Below are positions 53,701 through 63,400 of a stretch of DNA of 64,000 bases, piece by piece. Under the pieces are notes generated by a model. The model searched no databases, was not told the origin of the DNA, and was given only the letters and a program-made list of their open reading frames with translations. This stretch comes from Octopus sinensis. Lineage: Eukaryota. Made by a program: the position numbers and the translations under genes. How positions within the stretch are numbered: position 1 is the stretch's first letter; each line of letters opens with the position of its first letter. The stretch lies in contig NC_042999.1 of the NCBI RefSeq assembly GCF_006345805.1, positions 164,176,001-164,240,000 of the forward strand, written 5' to 3'.

Positions 53701-54136
53701 CTGTCTGATTAATATAACAACAGAATAAGTAAAACGAAAGACGAGAAAACGAAGAATGTAAAATGTGGAAGAGGGAATCATTTGAAGAGGATTGGTAAAA
53801 GTAAACAAACAATGATTCTACGAAACAATCTAAAAAATTAATGAGAAAAAAAAAGCAAAAAGGAATAAAAGCTGAGCGGTTGGAAGTGTCCCGGTTCTTA
53901 ACCTCAGAATAAACAATCCCGTTGGAGTCTTTGATCAATACGAATTTAAGGAAGAGATGGAAAACGAAACAAACCGTTCAGACAGACAAGAATACGAGAA
54001 AAGACCAAAAAAAAAAAAAAATCAGCTGTTGCTTTGTAGATCGATATATATTGATATTGCCTTACCATACTGTCTGTGTTTTGAAATAAAGTTGACGCCT
54101 CAAGGCTTGGCGAGCGAAATGTCCGGAGAGTAACAT
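16436..54136 (-). CDS. ACADVL: Very-long-chain specific acyl-CoA dehydrogenase, mitochondrial (20 coding exons, 1902 nt, 633 aa)
   Basis: Exons spliced by hand at GT-AG sites with consistent phases give one uninterrupted ORF. It contains ACAD motifs ([58 protein letters not shown]), the VLCAD-diagnostic [13 protein letters not shown] and the C-terminal extension ending HPLGF*. An extra small phase-0 exon inside the 8.5-kb intron 2 cannot be excluded. Confidence 0.96.
17472..17620 (-). CDS. ACADVL: ACADVL exon 19 ([50 protein letters not shown])
   Basis: cag / GTAAGT, 149 nt. Confidence 0.97.
18553..18625 (-). CDS. ACADVL: ACADVL exon 18 ([24 protein letters not shown])
   Basis: tag / GTAAGG, 73 nt. 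Confidence 0.93.
19815..19887 (-). CDS. ACADVL: ACADVL exon 17 ([24 protein letters not shown])
   Basis: cag / GTTGGT, 73 nt, VHP.L motif, phase consistent. Confidence 0.92.
20940..21320. repeat. Purine-rich (GA) low-complexity tract
   Basis: Directly visible. Confidence 0.8.
22620..22802 (+). mobile_element. Interspersed repeat family C (…tccaacccatgccagcatggaaaa(tga)n tail; RTE-associated SINE/3' end)
   Basis: Related copies at ~20300-20560 (-), ~24840-25080 (-), ~40430-40650 (+), ~43060-43482 (+) and ~63450-63740 (-). Confidence 0.75.
22956..23053 (-). CDS. ACADVL: ACADVL exon 16 ([32 protein letters not shown])
   Basis: cag / GTTTGT, 98 nt, ALKNP..N.GL membrane-association region. Confidence 0.95.
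24597..24698 (-). CDS. ACADVL: ACADVL exon 15 ([34 protein letters not shown]), catalytic Glu codon 24647-24645
   Basis: cag / GTGAAT, 102 nt. Confidence 0.98.
25500..25700 (+). mobile_element. SINE family A copy
   Basis: Central domain ctttacatttcctcctttcagcattgataaaataagtaccag. Confidence 0.75.
26025..27505. mobile_element. Three family B SINEs around ACADVL exon 14: + 26025-26155, - 26697-27063, + 27228-27505
   Basis: Shared head and CORE segments (cccaacc..ggttcag..cttgggcaag..ccaaagccttgt) in opposite orientations. Confidence 0.82.
26369..26431 (-). CDS. ACADVL: ACADVL exon 14 ([21 protein letters not shown])
   Basis: tag / GTAAGA, 63 nt, start of the second ACAD signature. Confidence 0.97.
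28249..28335 (-). CDS. ACADVL: ACADVL exon 13 ([29 protein letters not shown])
   Basis: cag / GTTAGT, 87 nt. Confidence 0.97.
28517..28621 (-). CDS. ACADVL: ACADVL exon 12 ([35 protein letters not shown])
   Basis: tag / GTAAGT, 105 nt, RTQFG and IQEKLARM motifs. Confidence 0.97.
28900..29003 (-). CDS. ACADVL: ACADVL exon 11 ([35 protein letters not shown])
   Basis: tag / GTAAGT, 104 nt. Confidence 0.97.
29190..29515 (-). mobile_element. tRNA-derived SINE with V-SINE-like core
   Basis: Minus strand: ctcagtggttagagc..gagttcaattc..gtgttcttgagcaagacactttatttcac..cactcagctgtagaaatggg. Related plus copy at ~49186-49410. Confidence 0.72.
31959..32053 (-). CDS. ACADVL: ACADVL exon 10 ([31 protein letters not shown])
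   Basis: tag / GTAAAT, 95 nt, [15 protein letters not shown] motif. Confidence 0.97.
32660..33180. repeat. Microsatellite cluster: (CA)n 32660-32716, (CTA)n ~32795-32853, compound (CA/TA)n ~33040-33180
   Basis: Directly visible simple repeats. Confidence 0.95.
33294..33379 (-). CDS. ACADVL: ACADVL exon 9 ([28 protein letters not shown])
   Basis: cag / GTGAGT, 86 nt, AFIVER.FGG motif. Confidence 0.96.
33405..33773 (-). mobile_element. SINE family B copy, tail about 25 nt from the exon 9 acceptor
   Basis: Colinear with 11200-11603. Confidence 0.85.
36225..36338 (-). CDS. ACADVL: ACADVL exon 8 ([38 protein letters not shown])
   Basis: tag / GTTTGT, 114 nt, [12 protein letters not shown] motif. 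Confidence 0.97.
37425..37556 (-). CDS. ACADVL: ACADVL exon 7 ([44 protein letters not shown])
   Basis: tag / GTAAGT, 132 nt, first ACAD signature region. Confidence 0.97.
38850..38944 (-). CDS. ACADVL: ACADVL exon 6 ([32 protein letters not shown])
   Basis: cag / GTAAAA, 95 nt, [21 protein letters not shown] motif. Confidence 0.96.
39510..39618 (-). CDS. ACADVL: ACADVL exon 5 ([36 protein letters not shown])
   Basis: tag / GTAAGT, 109 nt, [11 protein letters not shown] motif. Confidence 0.96.
40095..40400 (+). mobile_element. RTE LINE 3' coding relic
   Basis: [48 protein letters not shown]. Confidence 0.82.
41569..41633 (-). CDS. ACADVL: ACADVL exon 4 ([22 protein letters not shown])
   Basis: cag / GTAAGT, 65 nt, homologous to VLNEEQ..LVEPVSRFFE. 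Confidence 0.95.
42120..42470 (+). mobile_element. Jockey/I-like LINE reverse transcriptase relic
   Basis: Degenerate [31 protein letters not shown]-rich. Confidence 0.6.
44535..44607 (-). CDS. ACADVL: ACADVL exon 3 ([24 protein letters not shown])
   Basis: Matches the VLCAD ESKSFA..DQVFPYP region. Acceptor cag, donor G|GTTCTG, 73 nt. Confidence 0.93.
45340..46430. mobile_element. Family A SINE array: one minus copy (~45340-45515) and three tandem plus copies joined by (ATT)n
   Basis: Plus units start at ~45764, ~45995 and ~46218. Confidence 0.82.
46950..47460 (+). mobile_element. Family B SINE head with an alternative tail ending (TGA)n, followed by another head
   Basis: ggttcagttcc..ctttggcaagg..gtggatttgatag. 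Mirror copy on minus at ~50275-50670. Confidence 0.7.
48475..49185 (+). mobile_element. Tandem array of three family A SINEs separated by (ATT)n
   Basis: Units start at ~48475, ~48710 and ~48948, each ending ggccttgtgcc..tagaaa(r)gattattatt. Confidence 0.85.
53138..53207 (-). CDS. ACADVL: ACADVL exon 2 ((C)[23 protein letters not shown])
   Basis: Acceptor tatttctttcag, donor AAG|GTACGT. 70 nt, joins exon 1 (phase 2) to exon 3 (phase 0). R-A-Q|S-T resembles an R-3 presequence cleavage site. Confidence 0.82.
54066..54136 (-). CDS. ACADVL: ACADVL coding exon 1 ([23 protein letters not shown]), mitochondrial presequence
   Basis: ATG at 54136. Arg-rich peptide with no acidic residues. Donor TG|GTAAGG, phase 2, matches exon 2. 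Confidence 0.82.
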
Positions 54137-54754
54137 CGTTCCAACTGTTAACTTCTTGCACGAACCTAGAAAGACTGGAATAAGAGAGGAGGAGATAACC
54201 CTCGTTCGCTTTCGCAGGTCAGGTTCTGCTTTTATCAAAGAAGGGTGGAGAGGCTGTTGAAAGGCTGAAGTGTCTCATGACTGGCTTCTACGTGATCTAC
54301 CTCACTCTTTGCTTTTATCTCTCTTTCGCCGACTCACTTTTCTTTCTTTATACATACATATATACACACCTTCATAGACAATAGATATCTACATTTACAC
54401 TACCTGAATATCCTGTCGTTGCCGGGTAATTTGCACACTAGAATGTCTCAGCAGATTTTCTCCATTTTGACAGGGATTTTTCAAATTTTTTTCCATCCCA
54501 CACTTGTAGATGATGAGCGGAGGTAGCTTTGAATTTTTTTTTTTATTTAGCAATTTTTTTAACCTCCCTCCCTCCCTCACCCAGTACCGATTTTGGCAAT
54601 TTTTATTGTTTTTAATTTTTGCACTACACACTTCAAAAGAATGGAGAAAACTTGAAGGTTAAAAAAAATAATTTTGGAAACCAGTGATCTCCATTATAAT
54701 CACCTCTTGCTTTATTTTCACATAAAAACTGAAAAATAATTTAACAAAAATCTT

Positions 54755-54918
54755 TTATCTTTCACTTGTTTCAGTCATTAGATTGCGGCCATGCTGGGGC
54801 ATCACCTTGAAGAATTTTAGTCGAATGAATAGACCCCAGTATTTTAAGTTATGGGGATGTAAACACATCAACACCAGTTCTCAAGCGGTGGGGCTGGAAC
54901 AAACATAGACTCAGAGAT

Positions 54919-54959
<41 letters not shown>

Positions 54960-55113
54960 CAATAAGCTTCTTTCAGTTTCCATCTACCAAATCCACTCTC
55001 AAGGCTTTGGTCAGCCTGAGGCTATAGTAGAAGACACTTGCCCAAGGTGCCACGCAGTGGGACTGAACCTGGAACCATGTGGTTGGGAAGTAAGCTTCTT
55101 ACCACATAGCCAC
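54755..55113 (-). mobile_element. SINE family B copy
   Basis: Colinear with 11200-11603, internal (CA)n(TA)n. Confidence 0.87.
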
Positions 55114-55419
55114 GAAATTAAATTTTTTTCATTAACCTCACCTCTACCCCATAAGTCCTAAAATTTCAAAATAATTTTCAGATGTAAAGGTGTAACTTAA
55201 GGGAGATTCAGCTGTTGTTTCTAGCACACCCCGCGACCACCTGGTACCTTCCTCGTTTCTGTGTCACTCTGACATGTATTGATATTTTTCTGTATCTTTC
55301 TTCCCATAAACACATTTAGTGGAATGATGATGAGGTGTTCCATTGCTGGGATCTAAGCAACAACCAAACAATTTGTTATTTAAATCTTTAACCCACCCGC
55401 CCCATTCTGCATCAAACAA

Positions 55420-55451
<32 letters not shown>

Positions 55452-55534
55452 AAATCTTTTACTAACAGAAAAGCATGCTATTAAAATAAATGATCTTTTA
55501 CTTACCTTCTTTAAAAAAATCTGTCACCCTAAAG

Positions 55535-55940
55535 AAACTGTGGGCAGTAAAGAAATAGGTATTTCGTTTGCCGCTACGTTCTGAGTTCAAATTCCGCCGT
55601 GGTTGACTTTGCCTTTCATCCTTTCGGGGTCGATTAAATAAGTACCAGTTACGAACTGGGGTCGATATCATCGACTTAATCCCCTTGTTTGTCCCTGTTT
55701 GTCCCCTCTGTGTGTAGCCCCTAGTGGGCAGTAAAGAAATAAGAAACATTAGCATGTCAGGTGAAATGCTTTGCAGTATTTTGTTTGTCTTAACGTTCTG
55801 AGTTCAAGTTCCACCGAAGTCGACTTTGCCTTTCATCCTTTTGGGGTTGATAAATTAAGTACCAGTTGTGTAGTGGGGTCGATCTAATCAACTGGCTCCT
55901 TCCCCAAAAATTTTGGGCCTTGTGCCCGAGAGTAGAAACA
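55535..55940 (+). mobile_element. Family A SINE dimer
   Basis: Closely resembles 4500-4830. Confidence 0.85.
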
Positions 55941-56763
55941 AATATGATACTGGCATATCATAGGATAATGGGAGAATGGCAAAATATTAATGGAAAGCTT
56001 TGACGGCACAGTCACATTTTCATTTTCATGGTGAAAATTCATAAACAAAAAACTAATATTTTTTTAAGTAATTTTTTTTATATAATATCAACCTAAAACT
56101 TTGATCTTGATCTGTTTTCAAAACTAATAATACAGTTTTAGAAGTCAGAAACAAAAGTCAGGTCAAATTCTGAAAGGTTGTGCATTGATATTTTGCTCAA
56201 TGAATTTTATGATTTTCTCAGTTGTGTGCTAAAGCATTTTATTTAAAATTCAATTAGTGTTGATCTTAAATGCTTTTCCAGCCACAGAAATACATGCTTT
56301 TAATTTGATTTCCGGTGATTATATACTGATTAGTAACAAAATTTAAGAGCTTCACAGCCTAAATTGTAACCTGCGAGAGGTCTATATAGCCAAGCGGAAT
56401 TTTTTCAGAAATTTCAGCGATTTAATTTTGGAGAAATATTTTTGTGAAAAAACTATTTCATGTATTATCATTATGCAATGATAAAAACATTTATAAATAC
56501 AATTGATGAGTTGTTCTTTAAATTTCACTCTATTTCAATAATGAATTTCAATGAGGTTATTAAACATTTTATATCTCAAAGAAGGAGAATAGAAATTACG
56601 TATAAGTAATTTAAGTAAAATTCTTATTTTTCAGTGTGTGTGCATAAGAAAATAATGGCGTATTTTAGAATGCTTACAATTTATAGGTTATTACTTTAGT
56701 GCCATATATCTGTATCCCAATTGAATTAAGTTTACATTATTTGCATTTTGGCTCCTTCATAGT

Positions 56764-57147
56764 GGAGGCACTCCGTCGGTTACAACGACAAGGGTTCTAG
56801 TTGATCCGAATCAACGGAACAGCCTGCTCGTGAAATTAAAGCGTAAGTGGCTGAGCACTCCACAGACACGTGCACCCATAACGTAGTTCTCGGGGATATT
56901 CAGTGTAACACAGAGAGTGACAAGGCCGGCCCTTTGAAATACAGGTACAACAGAAACAGGAAGTAAGAGTGAGAGAAAGTTGTGGCGAAAGAGTACAGCA
57001 GGGATCACCACCATCCCTGCCGGAGCCTCGTGGAGCTTTGGGTGTTTTCGCTCAATAAACACCCACAACGCCTGGTCTGGGAATCGAAACCGTGATCCTA
57101 TGATCGCGAGTCCGCTGCCCTAACCACTGGGCCATTGCACCTCCACA
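56764..57147 (-). mobile_element. tRNA-derived SINE family D, full length with 12-bp TSD
   Basis: Head gtggaggtgcaatggcccagtggttaggg..ggtttcgattccc. Direct repeat CTCCTTCATAGT at 56752-56763 and 57148-57159. Confidence 0.88.
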
Positions 57148-57414
57148 CTCCTTCATAGTACGGTCAGTGTGGCAGCACACACAATGATAACAACCTCCAT
57201 ACACCACTGGAACTTAGTAGTGTTAGTAGTCATGATATACAGAGCATATGTAGAGGAAAATCAAGATAAACACAAGTATAAATTAGTTCAAGACACCCTT
57301 TTGTTTCAAGCAAGAATTTCTTTCAAGACAAACTGCAATGAAAAGCCTTTCACAGATTTAAATCTCTCTCAAACATATTTGAACTTGAATCAAGTTTACA
57401 TATATTTTATTTTT

Positions 57415-57620
57415 TATCTTTTACTTGTTCCAGTCATCAGACTGTAGCCATGCTGGAGCACCACTGCCTTGGAGACATGTCAGTTGAACAAATTCACCCC
57501 AATACTTTTCAAGCCTGGTCATTATTCTATTGGACAGTTTTGCTGAACTGCTAAGTTAGACATAAAGAACACCAGTTGTCAAGCAGTGTTGTGGTGACAA
57601 ACACAGACACACACACACAC

Positions 57621-57667
<47 letters not shown>

Positions 57668-57826
57668 GGCTTTTTTTAATTTCCATCTACCAAAGCCAGT
57701 CACAAGGCTTTGGTTGGTCTTAGAATATAGTAGAAGACACTTTCTCAAGGTGTCACACACTGAGACTGAATCTGGAGCGATGTGGTTCGGAAGCAAGTTT
57801 CTTACCACATACCCATGCCTGCACCT
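57415..57826 (-). mobile_element. SINE family B copy
   Basis: Colinear with the other family B copies. Confidence 0.85.
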
Positions 57827-57845
57827 ATATATATATATATATATA

Positions 57846-58860
57846 CTAGCAGTATCGCCCGGCGTTGCTCGGGTTTGTAAGGGAAATAACTATATAAGCA
57901 TTTTTAGTGAGTTATAGCAAAAAAATAGCAAAAAATGCATTAAAAATGGAATAAAAAATTATAGTAATTTTTTTTTTAATCGTTGACTCATCGTAGACAT
58001 TTTTAGAGAGTTACTTCCCTTATATAATAGCGAAAAATGTATTAAAATGGAATAAAAAATGATGGTAATTTTTTTTTTAATCGTTGACTCATCGTAGACA
58101 TTTTTAGAGAGTTACTTCCCTTATATAATAGCGAAAAATGTATTAAAATGGAATAAAAAATGATGGTAAATTTTTTTTTTTAATCGTAGACTCATCGTAG
58201 ACGCGCGCTAATACCCAGAAGGGCTCGATATGAATCACGACTATAAGATACCCGGTTTTAGTTACACTGCACCGCAAAATGTGGGAGTAGTTAGGAATCT
58301 AAATCGTAGGGGACAGACACACAACTTCCCTTTTATATATAAAGATTTGTGCAACAACTAAAACATTCGGTTGGGCAAATTGTTTGCACAGGAAACCTGC
58401 CCTGTGTGGAGGTTTTTGCCGTTTTTGTGGATCTGTTTCAGCTTTTTTAGCGATTTCTGTTTTGGCGACTTCAAGCCATGAAGTCGTTGTTCTAAAAGAA
58501 CGCTGGTCTCCTTCACAACGCATTACGACGTTGATTTCCTTACACTCCCTTCCCCACAGCTTCACGAGGGAGGGAAGAAGAGGGAGAAGCAAACAGGTGC
58601 AGGTGTGACCATGGACGCCAACTCCGCCGCCATCGACACACGAAAAAATATGCATTAAAATAGAATAAAAAATGATGTTAAATTATTTTTAAAATCGTAG
58701 ACTCATCGTAGACGCGCGCTAATACCCAGACGGGCTCGATATGAATCACGACTATAAGATACCCGAATTTGGTTAAACTGCACCGCAAAATGTGGGAGTA
58801 GTTAGGAATCTAAATCGAAGGGGACAGACACTCACACAACTACAGTTTTATATATATAGA
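57846..58860 (-). mobile_element. Compound non-autonomous Helitron
   Basis: 5' A|TCTATATATATAAAA at 58860, second internal 5' end TCTTTATATATAAAA at 58345, hairpin cccgagcaacgccggg and CTAG|T at 57846. Confidence 0.88.
57932..58200. repeat. About 101-bp tandem repeat (~2.6 units) inside the Helitron
   Basis: atcgt(t/a)gactcatcgtagac recurs at ~57979, ~58080 and ~58183. Confidence 0.9.
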
Positions 58861-58979
58861 TAATATTGCAACAAAATTTTATATCTTGGACATAGAGTTA
58901 CTCAAGATATAGAATTTTGTTGTAATAATTACTGGTCTATTCTTTAGAGTGTGCTTCTTTCTGATATAAGCTTTTTTAT

Positions 58980-59028
<49 letters not shown>

Positions 59029-59666
59029 GTGTGTGTCGAGCTTACGCTCTTCCATAGAAAGGAACACAGAAAGAAACAAGAAGAGAAAAAATGTGTGTAG
59101 TGGCTACCGATCTATCATGGCGACTGATAGATATATATATATATATACGCCATATGCCATTTCAGCCCTCCTTTTTTGACAATTTCATTGTTTCTTGATT
59201 CACATATATAACATGCATATAATAAATAGTACATTATGTATGTTAAAAATGTTTAGTGCCATTAATAAACATTGCTGAAGATAATTTTTTTTCTTATCAA
59301 TTATTCAACATGTTAAACATAGCACACCTACAAAATAAATACAAACAAATGACTATAGATTGAAAACAATTTATTCATGAGATGCCTAACTTCATTTAAA
59401 ATAAACTTAAATGGGGATTAACAGATGACATTGCCTTCAATGTGGCTATAAAAGCTCATTTTCTGCTGATGTGACATTATTCGTAACGATTTCTCATAAA
59501 GGAACAAGAAGAATAAAATCAGGGAAGAAGGAGAATAATTAATTAGACTGATGCAATTCCTATGATTGGTACTGATTTTTTTTTTGTAAAACGATATTTA
59601 AAAAAAAGTCAACTGTAATAAGGTTTGAACCCAGTGCGTTGAGTGGTGAAAATATATCATGGTAGA

Positions 59667-60513
59667 TACAAGGTGAACATCAGAAATTTTGAGATTTTTT
59701 CAGGAGAGGCAATTATAATTGTCTGAGATTATTATAATTTTAGTATATATTTTGCTATTCATTGAATAAGCTGACCTGCCAACTTTTGTTATACCAGACT
59801 GGAGGAGACAGATGTACAACACTTTGAACACATCCTACTAAACACTGCTAGTTTTCAGAATGCAGTGGGATGTTTCGAGGCTTGTTATGCAATAAGGATT
59901 TCTGTTAAACTGGGCAGAAATGTCACAAAAACTTATGAAATGCTCCAGATTAGCTTTTTCACTAGCACAAGAGGTTCAAGGGTAGTAGAGAGGTGGTGAG
60001 AGCTGATGAGGGGTGCATGAAGGAGAAACATATCAGAACATCAGATCCAGTTGAGAAAATTCACAATTTTCTGGATGATGGCCATCGAGTGTCCATAAAG
60101 ACAGTTTGAGGTTGGTGTAGCAACTGTGCACCAAATTCTTCATGAAAATTTGAGCATGTGCAAGTTCGTTCCCAAGATGTGCAGTGATAAACATCCTGGT
60201 AACCAACTACTTGACTGCCCCTCACCCTCTCTACCATCCATACCTTGGTCACAGTGACTTTTGGTTGTTCCTCAAACTGAAGGAGAACCTCGGGGGAGGT
60301 AGCTTTGAAGATGAAGAAGGCCTTGACAAAAGTTCCAGGCACTTTTAATTTGGAGGACTTCCATGGGGCCTTCACAAAGAGTCTGGAGGTCTACAAGAAG
60401 TTTATTGAGGTCAGAGGATCCTATTTTAAAATAAATCAGAGTTTTTGTACTTCTGTGAAATTAATAAATATCTCTCCTGAAAAAGTAAGAAAACTTCTAG
60501 AATGCACTTCGCA
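59667..60513 (+). mobile_element. Decayed mariner (Tc1/mariner) element with TIRs
   Basis: Left TA-caaggtg..tttttcaggaga and right tctcctgaaaaa..gcacttcgca. Transposase relics YAI..VKLG.N.T.TYEMLQ and PHP.Y.P.L..SDFWLF.KLKENL. Confidence 0.8.
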
Positions 60514-63079
60514 TTTGATCTGCTACTCCATCATCTTTAACAATATTTAAAATAATTTCTTTTATTAGCACAAAGTTACAAATTTGTAACGGAATGATAT
60601 GGTTGATTTCCAAGAGAATCCATACCACTTTCTATGTCAGGGATATACGTTAGCACCCATAAAAGAGACTGTAGGTAATACATTTGAATTACAATCACTT
60701 CGTTAAATAAGAGTAGTAAGTACTGAGCACAAAAAAAGTGGGGTTGAAAAAAGAGCTTAAGATCAGTGGCGTAGAAAAGGTATGTGTTGCACCTGAGTTT
60801 TTTGTCACTTTCCCAGGGGACTTATACGGCATATACAAGCTTACACAGAAGACATCAAATTGCCGCTTCCATGAAAGTATTACTCTGGGCGGACTTCATC
60901 GCGTCTTCCCCTCTATCTCTTACTAACGTTATCGCTTAAAAGTAAAGGCAAGCTCCTTGGAAAGCCAACGCTGAAAACCCAGTGTTCGGCTATACCACAA
61001 TGTTTTATGACAAGGGGACTGAATTAACGGAATACTAGTATCATTGGACGAAATGTTTGCGTACGTAGTTACGGCCCTTTACAAGCAAAGTTTAAATACG
61101 GAGTGCGAAAGTCAAAGTTATTGCCCTTTAATTTTGAGGCAGAATAGGATCAGTCCAGAAGAGGGTCGGTTTAATAGTTCTGTACTGCATCCAAGATGTA
61201 ATTGAAATAATAAACGTTTTCCCTTGAAATAAATAAGCGAGCTGGCGGAATCGTTAGGACGCCGGACAAATGCTTAGATGAGCACAGCGATCAATGCAAT
61301 CGACTTAGTCCATTACCCGAAACTGTTGGCCGGGGGTCAAAATTTGAAATCAATCATAAATTGTCTTGAAGGGAAATAACTTCCAAAAAATAATTCGTTA
61401 TTTCCCTTCCAAACATTTTATTTTTCTGTGTTGTCTTTAATCGCAGAGAAGTTTCAGCAATATTTGTTTGCTATGAGAGCAAAGAATACCCCACTTGCTT
61501 ACATCTCCTTCCCACACACAAACGAATATATACACTCACACAGAAAGCTTTATTTCATTTCATTTCATTTTTTTTTATATTCATAGTTTAATCTCAGGAG
61601 GAAAGGTAGTTCCCATAGTAGGGATAATCCTATAGTAACAGTTAATGTTGAAGATCAGTTTTTTTCTTTTTGTCTTACTCAACTGTCTCTCAATCAATTT
61701 TCTTTGTGGGAAATAAATATCAGTGGACTTCGTAGGGAAAGTTCAAAAGAAGAAAGTAAAATCAACAAAAGTATACTGTGAAGTTAAAACAATTAGGAAA
61801 ATTGTTAGAAAACTATAACCTTATATTTTACGTTAATGAATTTGTGTTGCAAGATTCCTGATGTGAAACCGTGTGTTGAAGCAGATATTGTATTCCAGGA
61901 TAGTTTTCTTATTTTTTTTTTAACCAAATAAACACACACATTATATATTTGTTCTTCACTCTGTAGCATGTCAGGAAAGCTACTTTTGTTAATGCTTTGT
62001 AGCCCAGCCATGCTATGGCAACTCCAGCCAATCAAGATTTCTGGACAATAGAGTTAAAATAAGAACAGTAAAAAATAAGGGAAGAACAAATATCCGGTGC
62101 CTGTGTTGATTTGTGGAGGGTGGGGGAGACCATCCCGAAATACAACATTATAGCTTTATTTTGTTTTGTTAATCATACATATGCAAAGTAAAGTTATAAA
62201 TATCTTCTACTGCCTGTAATAATTCTTTTACTCTATTTTAATCTAATTCTTCTTCTGAATAGTATTAGAATAAAATAATCATCCATGTCTCATATTTAAT
62301 GTAAATACTTTATGAAAAAGCAGATTTACTTGCAGTATTTGTCCAGAGGTAGTATCTCTTATGGGCTTGCTGTGTTTAAAAACATAAACTATTTTGGTAG
62401 CTGTAAATTTCTTTTTTATTATATATTTACATTAAATATGATACACAGATAACTATTTATGTTGAGTTTTTACATTCCTCAGACATTAATATTAATTTAC
62501 AAAAGTTTTAAATTATATTTTTAAAAATCCATTATTTACATAGATACGTTTTATGACATGAGTAAACAGTGGTGTATCATGCAATAACCATTCGTTCAGT
62601 CAGATGGGAGGGATCGTCTTCTATGCAGACTTCCGAGAAGGAAGGAAGAGTTTGAATATATGTAACAGGATGGATTCTTTCAAAGACTCCCAAGGATCAG
62701 GTGGTGGTATTAAAGTAAGCAATCAATTATCTCTACTATCCAAGAATAATAACAAGTATAGCAGATCTGATGAGTTTCCACTCATTTTCTATCCACCCAA
62801 CTACATTTACCTGGCTATGGTTTAAGGCCTTTCCAAACATACTAGGTAATATAATCAAATATCACTGGGGTAATTGTTAAGCACACTTTTTAATCACATG
62901 ATGATGTATGTTGTCATAGTTTGATGGGAAAATTACTGAGTAAAATTATTTAGTGTAAACATCAAAAGAATGGGTGAAACTCAGTAGAGCAGGCTGATGA
63001 GAGGGTGGGGAGCGAGAAAAGAAGACAGAGAAAAGTAGTTTATCTAACTTTGGATTGTTTCTTTTCTTGTGGAACTTTC

Positions 63080-63400
63080 AGATTTGATCCAATTGTGATT
63101 AAAAGAAGAGGAACATGGTCATAACCTTTGTAAGCCCTCCATGACTAGAGGCTAAGGTAGCTGATGTTCATCTTAAACGTCTGCAAGTTGATTCCTGCTG
63201 CAGGTAACAAATTCCAGAGAACTGCATGTGTTAGGAAGAAGGAGGTGGGGAAACAGAATGTATGAGACAGTAAAAATGAGAAGAGACAGAAAAGTGGATG
63301 CATTCAATCCACACTGGTGAAATGAGTAGACAGCTAAATAAATCAGAGGGGCAGAAGTAATTACAGTAGTTAATAAAGGGGGGGAAATGCAGCAGACAGT
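63080..63400 (-). mobile_element. CR1/L2-like LINE 3' end relic
   Basis: Minus strand remnant resembling SF.P.T..LWNLLP..NLQTFK. Confidence 0.45.

Larger units (their letters stand above)
53040..54330. promoter_or_regulatory. CpG-enriched, SINE-free region around ACADVL exons 1-2 (probable promoter/5' region)
   Basis: CpG density is visibly higher than in the CpG-depleted gene body and the region contains the start codon. Confidence 0.5.

Noticed and set aside
16436-54136. Assignment as ACAD9
   Set aside because: [31 protein letters not shown] and terminal PLGF match VLCAD rather than ACAD9.
54404-54496. Upstream ORF MEKNLKN..QDIQ with GTAGTG donor as first exon
   Set aside because: Weak donor, wrong phase for exon 2 and no presequence character.
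11200-57826. Minus-strand bias of family B SINEs
   Set aside because: About 9 versus 4 copies is too few, and the bias also holds outside the gene.
57932-58200. CRISPR-like repeat array
   Set aside because: Units are contiguous tandem copies with no unique spacers, inside a eukaryotic Helitron.
2100-63000. Most 60-140 aa ORFs in the supplied track
   Set aside because: They derive from microsatellites, SINEs or AT-rich intron sequence, with no recognisable domains.
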